Shown here: positions 25,292 to 38,455 of the stretch, piece after piece | How the letters are laid out: each line of letters begins with the position of its first letter | Numbering within the stretch: the first letter of the stretch is position 1 | DNA from: Eremomyces bilateralis CBS 781.70 | Taxonomy: Eukaryota | Assembly (NCBI GenBank): GCA_010015585.1 | Contig: ML975151.1 | Reading direction: 5' to 3' (one strand) | DNA: 64,000 nt | The notes under the pieces: model-generated | The model's database searches: none | Told to the model about the DNA's origin: nothing | Seen by the model: the letters and a program-made list of their open reading frames with translations, nothing else | Translations under genes and position numbers: made by a program

Positions 25292-28086
25292 ATCTGCTCC
25301 TTAGTTACTACTAACTTTGCTTAACTAATACCAGTACCTTAACTACTGCATCTGATAGTATGAGAATTAAAGTGTAGCGGAAATCTTGGACGCTATATCC
25401 TTGAAAATGTTCTATTTCCTATTTCAGGCGCGAATAAGTGCCTGGTGGCCCTCGAGAGTTGACAGGAGAATGTAGACACACGACCGAAAGAACCACATGG
25501 GGCCAACGCTGTCAAATGGGCTGAATGTTTCAAAACACTCATGTTCTAGACCCTCCAAAATGTGGTTACGAAGTAATCCGACAAAGATTTTGTCCTTCAC
25601 ACTGATATGCAATATGAGCTTCTATCCGTTAAACCAAAGCCGGATGTTTGGTGGGTTGGTCATGATGGTGCTGGTTGATTCTAAAATAACTCATGAGATC
25701 GACCTGTGCCCACATTACACAAGAACGGCAAATATGGCAGCTTACGGTAGGTTGGACTAATTTGTGGCAGTTTCCTGATCTAGGCGGGCATTATAGCCAC
25801 ATTAATGCGCCAGATCATCCTGTCTATCGTACAGACACGACATGATTCTGGAAAGCCGACAGAGCCAAAGTCTAACTAGGTACGTATTCCTTTGAAACGG
25901 GCACTTGCGCAAGTGCCAGCATTAATGCGGGAAGAGCCTGGCGACGTGGAAAGACTCGCGCTTGTGGCGCTCGGAAGCGCCCAAAGTCCATTACCATTTA
26001 CCAACCCCCACTGCGAGACCGCTATTCGGAGGAAACATTGGAAGATCCAAATGCGAGTCTAAATCGGGCACGGAAATCATGTTCAAAAAGAAACCTTCCA
26101 GATTGGAAGAATACGAGTCGTTCCTGAATATATACTACTATACATGTAATATCGATTGCGTGGCAATACACGGCCCTCGAGACTGGTCCCTCGTGAAGTT
26201 GCAAGAAAAGAGTGGTACGCCAGGATCGGAGCGGGCCTGCATTTAGAATAGGGTCCAGAACCAATGATGAAAAATTCAAGGAATTACGAATGCTGGAAAT
26301 AGGCGACCCTCGCAGCCTCGCTTTTGGGCCTTTGGAGTTTGGCCCCTCGGGTCTTATCGACTAGTCGATTACGACCAATGGCGCTCGCGAACATCTAAAT
26401 ATGAGGCGCAGGATGCTGATTGGCGAGTGTCGTAAAGTACGGGAGCCTCTTCGGCTCCCGTGGGCGCTTCCAAAGCGACTGTCGTGTCACTTGTCGCCCG
26501 GAGCAGACTCGGAACGATGACCGAGCGCGAACCGGATGACATCGATTGGGTCCGTTGGATAGGAAAAGAAATGTGACGATGTTGGTTGGTGACGTTGAAA
26601 TGGAACTAAGCTGGTGTGGATTGTTACATACACCGTGACCGCCAGACGTTGTGATGTGATTTTGCTGTGATTTCATATCCAGCAGCAATTGATGGAGTAT
26701 CAGCCGGTAAGGAATACAAGTACTGACTTGATGTTGAGAGTGTACATAACTAGCACTTTATTAATTACCTGCTCTAAACTGATGCATATTGTATCTGGTG
26801 AGGGCTGACGTTGGTGGAACAGGGATATCCGGCATCGATTGACGATTGTCGCCGTGCTGCCGCAAAGACCACAGTTCAGAGCGCTAAAAGCGATCCTTCA
26901 AGACCTTGGTCGGACCGCCAATGCCAAGCCTTTATGAAGGCTTTCAGTTCTCAGAATAGCGAGCGGCCAAAGTCAGAACTTTCATACTTTCATGGTCTAC
27001 GATGTAGGCTCGGTTACGCAACAGGCAGACGAAGGCGCCGTGGCAATGGGTCCATTTGCAAGTTTTCAAATAGACTCTCTCGGCATTAGGCATGTTCAAG
27101 GTTGCTTGTTCTCGTCTTCATGCATCTTGGCAATGTGACTGGCTGCGTGGGTTGCATGAGCAGGGCTTCGGGCGCATCTGGCATTACAAGGAGCCCCGCC
27201 ATGTATCTCGATGCTCAACCTATCACCGCTCGTACCACGCTACTTGGCGCCCGATTTAGCGCTGGGCTGCCATCAGACCTGGAGAACTGAGTATGGGTGA
27301 ATGAGCGGATTGGTCAAACTGGTGATTGAGTGGGAAACATCCCACCACGATCTGCGCCATGGCTTGCGAGTTCCCTCCATTACCTCTGCTGTTCGCCAGG
27401 TCCGGATGTTAGAGATATGTACTCACAACCGTTCCATTGTGTTCTCGCCGTCCATACCCGCCATGCATCATCGTCTTTTCTCCTTGAGACGATCGCTCTA
27501 AACTGTTGGAGTCTCCCTTTCAGACCCATACGCATGCCTCGATCATCCAATCCTCGAACTCCAACCCCCGGCCACAGACGCAGCGGGATCCATTGAATGG
27601 TATCACTTGCCCGTGCGTTCCCCAGGTCCGCTCTCAATCAAAGGTGGGCGCTTGCTCAGACAAAATCCTCATATTCCCCCATCCAGTTCTTTCGACTCTA
27701 TTCCTCTTCTCTCCGACAGCAGGCCTCTCTTCTCTATCCTCAACTTCTTTAGTTTTTATGTCTTCCATTCTTTGTGCTTCAGCGCTTTCCTGTGTACCGC
27801 TTGCTGGTTCTTTCTACAGCAGCATTTGACTTGGTATCTTGAAAGCTGAGGCTGGACCACAGTTTTTGGAACCGCGCAATCCTCCGTTCACTTCACACAT
27901 AATTCCCGCATCTTCTCTTTGAGTGCTTCGACGACATCTCTAGCACTGGCATTCAGTGTACTCAGTTGGCCACCAACATTTCACAGACACGTCAAGAGGG
28001 GCCTGACCATCTCACGTCACTTTTGCCCCCCCGGATTGTCCTTGAGCACTTTCCTCTATTCTACTTATCTTCCTGTTTTGTCTTGA

Positions 28087-29726
28087 ATGTCCCGAATGGC
28101 GGCCGACAATAAGAGAATCCCTACAGTGACGATTACATCACAACGATCTCGCTCGAATTCACTGAATTCGACCGCTCCGTCTCTGAAATCCCCTCGAACT
28201 GCCCGCTTCGCGGAAGCGACATCAGTCAACTCGCCTATTGAACCCTCAGAAAAGGCGCAGAATCCGTTCGCTGATCCGCCCACGAACCACTACCTTCCTC
28301 AGCCGCAACCGGCGGACATCGGCTTCGGTTATATGAACAAAAAAGTCGCTGCTCATACATCCGTCGAGATGGAGGAGACCGATCCACGGTATCTGGCTCC
28401 CACGACGCCAAGAAGTCCTCTGAAGAGCGCCTTGAAGAGCCCTGGTGCGCCTCCTCGGACGGCCCGTGAGAACCCACTGTCTCCAACTTTCCAGGAGGAG
28501 CAGATCCTTGAGAAGCAGGATGAGTTGACTGAAAAGGAACAAGAGAAAGACTTAGTAAGTTGTCCATTCAGGAAGCAAGAGAGATCCATGCTAACTGTGT
28601 AATAGAGAATCAAGTTCCGCGTCCGACTCGCGAAAATCCTTCTGCGAGGCGTCAACTTCTCATGCTCGCTCATAGTCGTCGCGATGCTTGTTGCTGTCTT
28701 CTCGATATTCCGTTCGACTCGAAATATCGCTAGCCGAAACGGGTTGCCCCCGTGGGCACCGAACACCCCCCTTTGGCCGCAAATCACCATCCTCGTCATT
28801 GCCTCCATTTCGTTGTTCTTGGCCGTAGTTGTGCTTTGGGCCAACTGCCGACATGGACATCGGAGAGCCGAAAAAGTCGCGGTGTATTATACCACCTTTG
28901 CGGTGTTTTTCTTCGTCTTCAGCATCGTCATGTGGGGAGTTGGCGCCGCCATTCTTCAGTCCAGCAAAAACGGCCAGGGCGGCAGTGATATGTGGGGTTG
29001 GGCTTGTAAGGATAACAGGAGAAAGGAGCTTTTCCAGGATGACATTAACTATGGGCTGGTCTGCCGTTTGATGGTAAGTTGGGTTGCACCCTATGATAGT
29101 GAGATCTGCTAACGATAACTCAGGACTGGGCCTTGGTCTGTGCCATTATCGAGATCGTCGTGGAGCTCTTCATCATTCTCATCTATGGCTTCGTCTTCTA
29201 CCGCTTCTGGTCTAAGAGACGACTCCGAAAGTCTATGGCTCACCGCGACAAGGCGCGGAGCGATCTGTACCTGGCGCAGTTGCGGTCCCAGTCCGCCCCC
29301 AACACCCCTGGATTTCCGCTCTCTCCCCGCGACGGGGGCTGGCGTGCGCCGGCGGATCACAACAAGGAGGCGGCCATGGAAGAGGGCACTGCACAAGATG
29401 GAGTTCAGTACGCTGTTGCGTCGCCCCGCCAATTTGCCGAACCCAAGCCGTTCGCCCTTCAAGCGCCGCCATCCAAGAACACCCCGAAGGTCAAGCAAGA
29501 CGGGTTCTCGCCCGTGTCGCCGATTGGCAACAGCCCCAGTCCACCACCACCGCCGGGTAGTCCGGGTATCGCGGAGAGGCACAACGACCACGTTGCTGCT
29601 GCTCCAGGGGAGCAGACGTATGATGCGGTACCCATCCCTGGCTCATATGCCGCGCCGCTATCGCCAGGCATGCCACCACAGCAGCCGCAACAGCAACCCG
29701 GGTTGGATTTTGGATTCAAGCGGTGA
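28087..29726 (+). CDS. Four-TM MARVEL-like membrane protein resembling hyphal anastomosis protein HAM-8
   Basis: SPRTARFAEAT, PLSPTF, four hydrophobic helices, WGWAC..LVC, YRFWSKRRLRKSM..DLYLAQLRSQSAPNTP; two introns. The family name is from recall and needs checking. Confidence 0.75.
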
Positions 29727-30047
29727 CCGAGAGATTTGGACATCGATTGACCTTTGTTTCCGTAAATATATCAGGGTAATGTTGGGATGCGTGGGATTGG
29801 ATGAAAACGGGACTTTGGGTGTTGTCGCGACGGAGTATCACTTCTTACTCTCGCTTGCATCTTTCCTTGTCATGGTGATACCTTGGGGAACGGCGTTCTT
29901 GTGAGCATGATGTATGTAACCATCCCATGCTGTTTGAGAGGGATGAAGATGGGTGTCGAGAAGAGTTAACGGTGTTCGAGAAGCTTGAAAGATAGTGGAC
30001 TCATGTGTTTCTGTCTAGCCTCATAACGCCAATTACTCTTTATATAA

Positions 30048-30623
30048 TCAGTCCTCTTGTGTTATTGCATATATCCACTGATCCATGACCTTCCCGTGTT
30101 TGTATGCGCCTCTCTTCATTATCCCTTCCAACACAAATCCCGACTTTTCTAGAACACGCCGACTTCCATCATTTCCGTCCAAAACACTTGCAAAGAGTCT
30201 GGTCAACGTGAACTCCTTTCCAGCTTCGTATTCCGACGTGACCCTAATGTTCTTTAACACCCACTCTGCAAATGCCTTCCCCACCTCGCTCATGATTCCT
30301 TTCCCCCAGTAGTCTTCCCCTAGCCAATACCCAAACTCGGCCGATCGAAAGTCGACATCCTTTCCCAGCTCGATTCCAATGCCCCCAATCACTTCGTCCG
30401 TCTTTGGGTCCGCGATCGCGAATCCACAAGGACGCTCCTTAGCTAGAAGTCCCTTGATCCACTTTTCAGCATCCGCTTCAGTATATGGCGAAGGGAAGCG
30501 ATTCCGCATGTACTGCGCTACCGCAGCGGAGTTGGCAGCGCGGCTGACAGACAGGATGTCGCTGAGTTTCATGGGACGGAGAATTGTTCGCGGTGTCACG
30601 AGGATAACAGAATCGGAAGCCAT
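30048..30623 (-). CDS. RimJ/RimL-type GNAT acetyltransferase
   Basis: FPSPYTEADA, AEFGYWLGEDYWGKGIMSE, NDGSRRVLEKSGFVLEG; intronless. Confidence 0.9.
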   Translation of the reverse strand: MASDSVILVTPRTILRPMKLSDILSVSRAANSAAVAQYMRNRFPSPYTEADAEKWIKGLLAKERPCGFAIADPKTDEVIGGIGIELGKDVDFRSAEFGYWLGEDYWGKGIMSEVGKAFAEWVLKNIRVTSEYEAGKEFTLTRLFASVLDGNDGSRRVLEKSGFVLEGIMKRGAYKHGKVMDQWIYAITQED

Positions 30624-31576
30624 GACAAGAGCTTAGAGTAATGGTCTTTCGTAGGGGTGTAAATTGACGGAAATTTGGGCCTGGGAGAACAAGATAGCAG
30701 TAGGTGGTGGTGATGTGCTGGTTTCCGTCTACAGACACTGGAGAGACCGGACGACACCGAATCTGGAATTGAATCAAAGCAAGCATCTCCGCATAAAAGA
30801 TTTACAGTTCCAAACTTCGAAGTTTTTGGTAGGATATTCGGTTCGCCTTGACTCACCAAATGCGACGATTGTGAGTGAGTCATGCCATACTCAATTGTCT
30901 GATCTGGTTGAGCAATATTAGCGCAGTCACGGCTTGAAGATTATCGACTTGTCGCCGAATATCATGACTCGCATCGAGGGCGTCCTCGGAATACCCGTAG
31001 GATACTAGCAGGGTGGAGAATTATTAGAGTAATCAAGGCATGCATACGGCCGTACTATAGTACGGATGTAATAGCACCAGGTTAAGACGGCGTGGCATCT
31101 CTGCTCGACATATATTCATTGATAATGGCTGCGTACTGTCATAACGTAACAGCGGCTGGCGTCTGCATCTCTCTCTATTCCCCAACTCGGACTTGTCTTC
31201 TTGTATGGGGCTCCCAACCTGGAAAGTGGATATCAAATGCTTAGCCTATCGTTGCAGCTTCGCACCGCTCCAGTCTATCTCACCCTATCTTTGACGGTTG
31301 AAGCTGATGATTCGACGAGATGGGATGCGAAAAAGCTTCTTCTGATCATGCATGAAATGCTCCCCAGGGCCCTCACTGTGGATATTGGCCCTTGAGCGAG
31401 CATAACCCACCTCAGCACTCATATAAAACCTGCGAACCTCGAACCAACCCCAACCGACCCACCGCGTAGAATATCTTTATGCGCCCAAGCAATCGTCCAG
31501 TTTCACCTGGTACGGGCATGATTCGCTATGGTGATGGTTCGACAGTAATATTTCGGTTCGCCAGTACCATGGGACA

Positions 31577-31874
31577 TCAGGAATCGGCGCTGATGTATTG
31601 GACTATAAAACCGTGAGACTTTAACCCAAGGCGATATAAGGGATTCGGGATGCGTACCATTGTTTCCCCTTATGAATGCATCGCCATAGGTTCGATGCAC
31701 CTTGCCATTGACGTACTCCTTCGTCTGCTCAAGCGCAATGTTCATGTATCCATCGACAGATTGCAGTTCGCCCTTGTAGACAACTCCCGAGTTGAGTTTG
31801 ACCGTGACAGGAGTTCCGATGATTTCGCTCAGGAAGCCTGAGGGGTCCCGGCCTTCGGAACCGCCGTTCTCCAT
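31577..31874 (-). CDS. LSM6: U6 snRNP Sm-like protein LSm6
   Basis: PSGFLSEIIGTPVTVKLNSGVVYKGELQSVDGYMNIALE..YGDAFIRGNN|VQYISADS*. Confidence 0.95.
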
Positions 31875-32270
31875 TGTGTTGGTGTTTTCGAGGGGATGAA
31901 GATACTATTAAGCTGCTGCGGTCTTTGGCACGCAAGCGACAGCGGACTGGTAGTAAGCTTGACGTTTGAACTGGCCTGGGAGATGGATTATTCACAGCCA
32001 GGATCGTGATCGCGTTCAAATACCTAGGTCAAGGTGGGTGTGATTTGAGGGTTGGATCTACGGATTTATCACGTGATATATTGGGAAGGGTCCAATACTG
32101 TATTCGGCCTTACAGCCTTACGGCCTTACACGTGACACCCCGCACTTGCACTGGCATGCCACAGCCACTTGCCAGTAATCCCTCGATGATCGCAACTCGT
32201 AAGACCTCGACATTGGTTCCCAAACTTTTTAGACTCTCCGCTACCTCGCAACCCTCCTATGATTCCCAGC

Positions 32271-33682
32271 ATGGAATCAGACGTGCTGGAATCGCCCACC
32301 AGCAATACTATGCTCAAAAAGTCTCGATTCGCCAAACCTGCGTGGGCAGCGGCGCGTTCCACTTCGAAAGACACCGGAACAGAGGATGGCCTTTTCTCGC
32401 GGTCGACGCGAGCTTACGAGGAAATACTCGCCGAAGAAGAGGAGATCAAAAGGGCAAAAGAGGAGCGAAAGCAGAGGAGACGCCACCGTGACAGCCCCTC
32501 GCGCGACAGCCCGAAGCGTCGTCGCCTAAGCCGCGAGGACGATGACTCCTCTGCACCTGTTGAAGCGCAAAGATCCCCGGCAGACAAAAGGTGAGCACAA
32601 TTCCTCAAGAATGGTGGGACATACGTTAAGCTGACAAGGTACGCTTTAGTCTTGATCGTGAAACCGAGCGCTCACACTCTACTAGGACGGCTGATTATGG
32701 AACCATTCACATCGATTCCATTACCTCCGCTGATAAACGGTTTTCGGCACCAGGAACAACGGGCGAGGAATCTCGAAGGGATGCTGCAATAGAACGGAAA
32801 ATCAGGAGCACGGTAAATACGGACGACGAGGACGACGAGTCGGATGAGGACCTACAACTGCTCATTGAAGCGGCTCGTCAACAGCGACTGTCAAAGGAGC
32901 AGGCGAACTCTCTACCAGCAGTGCCTCCGCCCACTGTCACGAGCAAGGCGTCATCGGATGATAAAGTTGGTGGTGCGAGCACTACCGCTTTGGACGGCCG
33001 GCCCAACTATATCGTCGAAATTCTCATTACATCAAAGCTGCCTGGGACACAGCCCGTTGTCATCACTAGAAAGCTTTCTCAGCGCCTCAAAGAAGTACAC
33101 GCGGCATATTGCGATGCCATGGGGTTCACCCCCGAAATGTTCCGCCGAGTGTTCCTCACATGGCGCAACCAGAAGATATGGGGCTTTCAAACGTGCGAGG
33201 CGCTGGGCTTGGACCTACCCCCTATCGACGCCGACTCTATGGATGAAACGGGGGTGGGAACCGTACAGATCTCGATGGAGATGGTCACCCCGGAGATTTT
33301 CGAGGCCAACAAACAAGCCGCCGAACTCAGCTTCCTGCAGGAACCCACGGAGAGGAGCAGGGAAACGCGGAGTAGCGAGCCGGTTGAAGCGGAGCAAGCG
33401 GACTCATCGAAAATCAGGGTCATCCTAAGAGCGAAGGATTACGGAGAATTGAAGATTGCTGTGAAACCGGCAGGTGGCTACTACAATATCCCCAGGCCGT
33501 TGCTAATTGTTTGACAGGACACAACGATTCTCTCCATGATCCACGCGTACCGCAAAAGGTGCAACGTCCAGTCCGAGAAGGCGGTTAAATTGATGTTCGA
33601 TGGCGAGGAGCTAGGCGAGGATCAATCAGTCGCCGATTCAGACATCGGTGACATGGAACTCATTGAAGTCCATGTCAAGTAG
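32271..33682 (+). CDS. Rad60/Esc2-like SUMO-like domain protein
   Basis: Two ubiquitin-like regions; ends KLMFDGEEL..VADSDIGDMELIEVHVK*. Introns 32592-32650 and GC-AG 33470-33517. Confidence 0.82.
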
Positions 33683-34564
33683 CCCTTCCGATGCGCCACA
33701 ATTCGAATTATCATCCAATCTTCAACAAAGGGCGATAAGGCCGTCTGTTGCTGGTCTGACCAAGGCTCCCGCAGCCCTAGGTCCATAATCTCATGGAAAA
33801 TCCCAAAGGGATCGAATCTCCGACTCATTCCTTCGAAGCTGACTACTTCCTGGTTAGCGAGATAGTATGGCTTCAACATCCAAAGATGTCGCTAAAAGGT
33901 ATCATGGCCCCCAATCGATCCGATTTCCATCACCCTAAGAGCTTTTACCAGTGTTGCACTGAACTAACCAAGATTATGTTAGGCGGCGTACGTAGTATCC
34001 TTACACATGCGGTCTCCGGTTTGCTGTGTCGGACTGCGGGAAAGAGTTCTCATACGTAAATTGGACGGAGGGTCCAGGGAGATGTTGAGGCAGGTTGAAA
34101 TCAATGTAACACTCACCTCCCTCGTGGAGAATGGACATCAGCACGATAACGGTAAGACCAGCGTTGAATATCAAGTATACGACAATGTTATGACTTTCAT
34201 GTGGCCTGTCGACGTCGATATTCCGTTCAGCGTCTCGTTCTTTGTTCCGTTTCGTTTCGTTTCGTTTCTCATACCCGCCGATGGTTCTCGGTCATTCAAC
34301 GTGGCGTCAAGTTCGTGCAGCGATGCTTCAGTCGATTAAACACTCAACTACAAGGGTGGAAGGCAGTGCGTTGTAATGCTTATACTGTAACTGATTGAAG
34401 ATAATTATCTACCGTCGCTACTCCTAAGAATTGACAAACCCCGATTAATCATCGCCCTCGTCATCCTGCGAGCCAGGCATACTGCCTCCAAAAATAAGTA
34501 CTTTGCTGCATTCCAAGGAAAGGTACGAGATGCGCCGAATCCATCCACACTCTTGCTCTCCACC

Positions 34565-35603
34565 CTAGGCCGCCGAGGATGCCCGTTGGTTATCTTGCCA
34601 GTCCATGAAACGCCCTACATCCATAGCGATGGTGCGTGGTATGAGCGCATTCTGTAGCACCCTAGGCACATGGCCTTTCGCGTCACTGGCCGTCGCCATG
34701 TCCCATCCGATGTCACCCCTCTTGTTCCAAAACACCCTTTCTACGCTCACGTACTCGCCACGGACTATCGGCTTTCTCAGTTCCGGTATCGGAGCGTCGG
34801 TCCGATGCCTACTACTCGAATACATCGAAGTCGCAATAGGTGGCCCCCCCGTCAAGTCCACAGGCACTTGTACGAGTAGCAACGACGACGTTCCAGGGCT
34901 GGAGTTGTTCTTCATGCGGGCAGTGACCACCAACTCACTGAAATACCGGTATTTCAGAGGAAAAGGCAGTTTGTAAGCCGATTCGTAAACTAGACCGGAC
35001 GAGATATGATCAACATTGCATCGCGCTTCCCGAAGGGGCCGTCGGGGACTTACCACATAACCCAACTTCCCCCCATCGAATCTCCGGGTTTCTGGAGCCT
35101 CCCCAGGAGGCCAACGCCGGGATTTGATCACTCCAGTCCGCCACCTTCACCACATCGATGACATCGGAAATATATTCCTTCTCCTGCTCCGAATGCGACT
35201 GCCACCAGCCCTGCTCAAACTCCTCCCACGTCGCCGTCCCCCGCTCCTCCCGCGGGACATGGACGCTCCGCCGCGCAAACCAAGTCTCGACCTTCCGTGG
35301 CACCCGCGGCGCCAGTTCGTGCGGATAGATGTCCCGCACCCAGATCTCCACCGGCGAGGTGGCGGGAGGCGACGCCCACGGGACCCCGAGGGGTACGAAG
35401 GTGTCGTTGATGGAGCGCCCGAGTAATTCCGCGGAAGAGAGGATGGAGAGGATGAATTGGACCAGGTCGGGGAGGGAGGTGGCTGAGGCGGCCTGCTGCG
35501 GCTGGAGGGAGGGGTGGGCGGGGAGGTCCTTCGCGGTGAGGGGTTTAAGATGCAGGACTGACGGATCTAATAGTTCGTCAAGGGACTTGGTTGATGCGCT
35601 CAT
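34565..35603 (-). CDS. DUF3074-like fungal protein
   Basis: WFARRSVH..GTATWEEF..HSEQEKEY; GEYVSVERV..WDMATASDAKGHVPRVLQ. One intron (GTAAGT..CTAG) joins the two ORFs. Confidence 0.8.
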
Positions 35604-36529
35604 CGCGAGTGTTGTTTTGAAGCTCGACTGAATTTAATGACTTTTGGGATTGATTCCTAGCGGTAGCGCAAAGCAGTAAAACCTGCGAGGTTAAAACCCT
35701 CAGCGACATGCACCAATAATCGGTGGCAGCTATCGGTGAATTGTGCAACGATATTCAATGCTTCAGAAGAAGTTATCTATATCTACGCGGATTTGTAGTG
35801 ACGGGCTGGAAGAAGGATACGAAATGTGAGACAAGTGAACTGAGTCGTCAGTATCGTACCTCCCTTACTTAGAAAGCGCCCACTAACCCCCGATGTACGT
35901 GAAGATAATGCATGCTATGCACAGCCGGAGATTATCATGTGCTTCGTAGGTGGCGTATTCGTAACACTAAATAGCTGATTAAAGACAATGGGCTTTAGCA
36001 GTATCCGTATACGTAAACGTAATCATGGCTTCACACTCGATTTATCATGCTTAGTGGCGGTGCTGACGATTTTTCGGTTACCGTGAAATATACCTTGAAT
36101 GAATGGGTATTTCATGGCATTTGTCTCTATTCTATGGGCTGGAGAGCGGCTTCGGGAGTCTAGACCAGCAATTCTCCGGGTGGATCGGTGAACGTTCAAA
36201 AGGACTAGTCATGAATCAATCCATCTCCTCTGTTGATTGTGCCGGTGTAATGATTCTAAACGCAAAGTCCCGTCGGCGTCTTCTCTACCGACACCGGAGG
36301 GGCAGGGAATTACGATCGAAGGCGATGCATCGCCTGCCATCGACGCGAATGGGTATAGGTGCCAATACTAGTCCAGAGCAAATGAAATGGAAATGTTATA
36401 GAAATGCAATGCGTGGTCGCGGTACCACCATGCAGTCGCCTTGGAACGACCCAATGAAGGCCCGCGAATGATCCGCGGAGTCCAGCGCCGGGACCCGCGT
36501 CTCGGCCCCATGGGAACCCCTATCGTCGT

Positions 36530-38455
36530 TCAAGGAGGTTTGTCTGTGGGACGCTCCACCCGTTTTTCCAGATCACTGGCAACACTTTTCTCCCTCTCCC
36601 GCTTCACTTCCTCACCTTCTCTTGCCGCAACGGCCAGCAGCGCCGGCCAACCACCCGTGTTTGGTGGCGCCGGAAGGCCGGGACTGATACCGGGAGTCGA
36701 TCGGCCAAATTCGGTCGTCGGGACGCGGCTGGAGCCACCGATCGGGGGGCTGAGTCCGACCCCCGAGGGGATGGGGTGGGGTAAGATTCTTTCTTTGCTG
36801 CCTTGGGGGACGTCGAGGGAGAATATCGGAGGGCGCTGATACGGATAGTTGGAGGGCGCGTAGATGCCGCCGTCGCTGGAATAGGTCGTTTCTTCGTGGG
36901 TCAAGGATGGCAGTTGCGGGGGATCCCGACTCGTCGGGACGCGGCGGGAGCGCATATCCGGGATATTTTGAGCCGGCGTTGATTGCAATGGAGTCCCGAA
37001 CTGTTGGTGGGCGGGGATCGGTGGAGAGGGGAGTGAAGGGCTCCCGGAATGCGAGTAATGGTCGGATGATGCACCTCCGACTTGCGGACGATAATGCGCT
37101 TGAGGAGGAAGCGACCCAGAAGACCCCGATTGCGATTCGATTCGAGGGCGTTCGTAGGATCCGTGTTCATGGGCCGACATGCCGGTCCGTTGATAAAGTT
37201 CATACGATGGCTCGCGTTTTAACGAGGCCGAGATCGGAGAAACAGACATGGGCGAGTACTGATCACGAGTCGCTGGAGAACTCATCCCCCAGAACGTGTA
37301 GGTTGGAGTTGAGGTTGCCTTCGGTCCCGCAACGGCATGATAGGTGCCTGATGAAGATGAGATATCCGAGCGCGCTGGTCTGTGAGCAATGGCTTCGCCG
37401 CTGCCTCCTGAATGCGGCGGAATCTGCGGAGGCCGCACCGTCTCTGCTGAGCCTTTCGCCGCAACGGAGTTGGAGTCTGCTTCGGACCGTGATTTCTTAC
37501 TATCGGGTCTCGCGGTCCCATGTTTGGCTTTGAATTCAGCTAAATATTCTTGATATGAGCCATATTCCGCCGTCTTCTTGTACTCAGCCAGTGCGACACC
37601 GTATTTTTCTTTTGCAAAATTGGCCTGGCGTTCGCAGCTTTCACGATCACTGGGCGACAACACCTGCCATCTCTCTCCTACGATCTTGGCAATCTCGGTG
37701 AACGAATGGTTCTGACCTTTGAGAGTCTCTCGCACATCTACGGGTCATCAGCGTGATGGATTTCAAAGAGAGTGCATGTCCATACGGTTTGAAAATATCA
37801 CATATGCCGACGGAGGTCTTTCAGGGGCATTGTCGTCTGGCTATTGGGGAGTTAGAGGGCCGTTCGTGAAAGAGGGACTTGGAAAGCGGGTAGGGTGCCG
37901 TAAGGTGATATTGGAACAAGCGAAATACCTTGGGGTGTCGTCTATATTTTCTCTTGGTAGTGGTACCGGCATGGGAAGATGGATCACCCGTTCTTTTGCC
38001 AGACGAGCGGCTCTCTGCGGCAGAATCGTCGCTTCGATAAGACTCATCGGCAATGGTCCCCTTGCGAGGGTCGGGAACCAAGGGCGCGATAGAACGACCG
38101 GTACTTTCAACGATGGCACGTTGGAGTTTCTGCAACGTATGAGTTAGCCTCCATATGCGATGACGAATCATTCGGGATTGAGCGACTGGAGATAGATGGA
38201 GTGGGCGCCAGTGGGCCGCTATATCAAATGGATGAGAGAACTCACCCGCCTGTGGCCGAGTTTGACGTTCAGAGCAGTTCTGAAGAAAAATTAGTGGCCG
38301 TCGAAGGAGCGAATGGGATCCGCCAAGGATGCGTACAGGTCAGATTCGGTGATATCCACCACAGTCTCCCAAGAGTCAAAACCCTCGGCGACGAAAGCAT
38401 CCAAGTACTGGGAGAGTCCCAGTCGCTCCAGCCTATCGCGCAAGTCTTCGATCAT
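36530..38455 (-). CDS. SAM-domain plus HMG-box protein
   Basis: LERLGLSQYLDAFVAEGFDSWETVVDITESDL..KLGHRR|KLQRAI (SAM); KRKYRRHPK|PDDNAPERPPSAYVIFSN..SFTEIAKIVGERWQ (HMG); includes a short exon of about 34 nt. Confidence 0.88.

Noticed and set aside
25380..27300. Possible coding relics in the SPP2 to HAM-8-like intergenic region
   Set aside because: Fragments are protein-like at best; no motif or consistent exon structure.
36530..38455. Mating-type locus (HMG gene in the same window as a pheromone gene)
   Set aside because: The protein has SAM plus a non-MAT HMG box; no APN2/SLA2 flanks or alpha-box gene are present.
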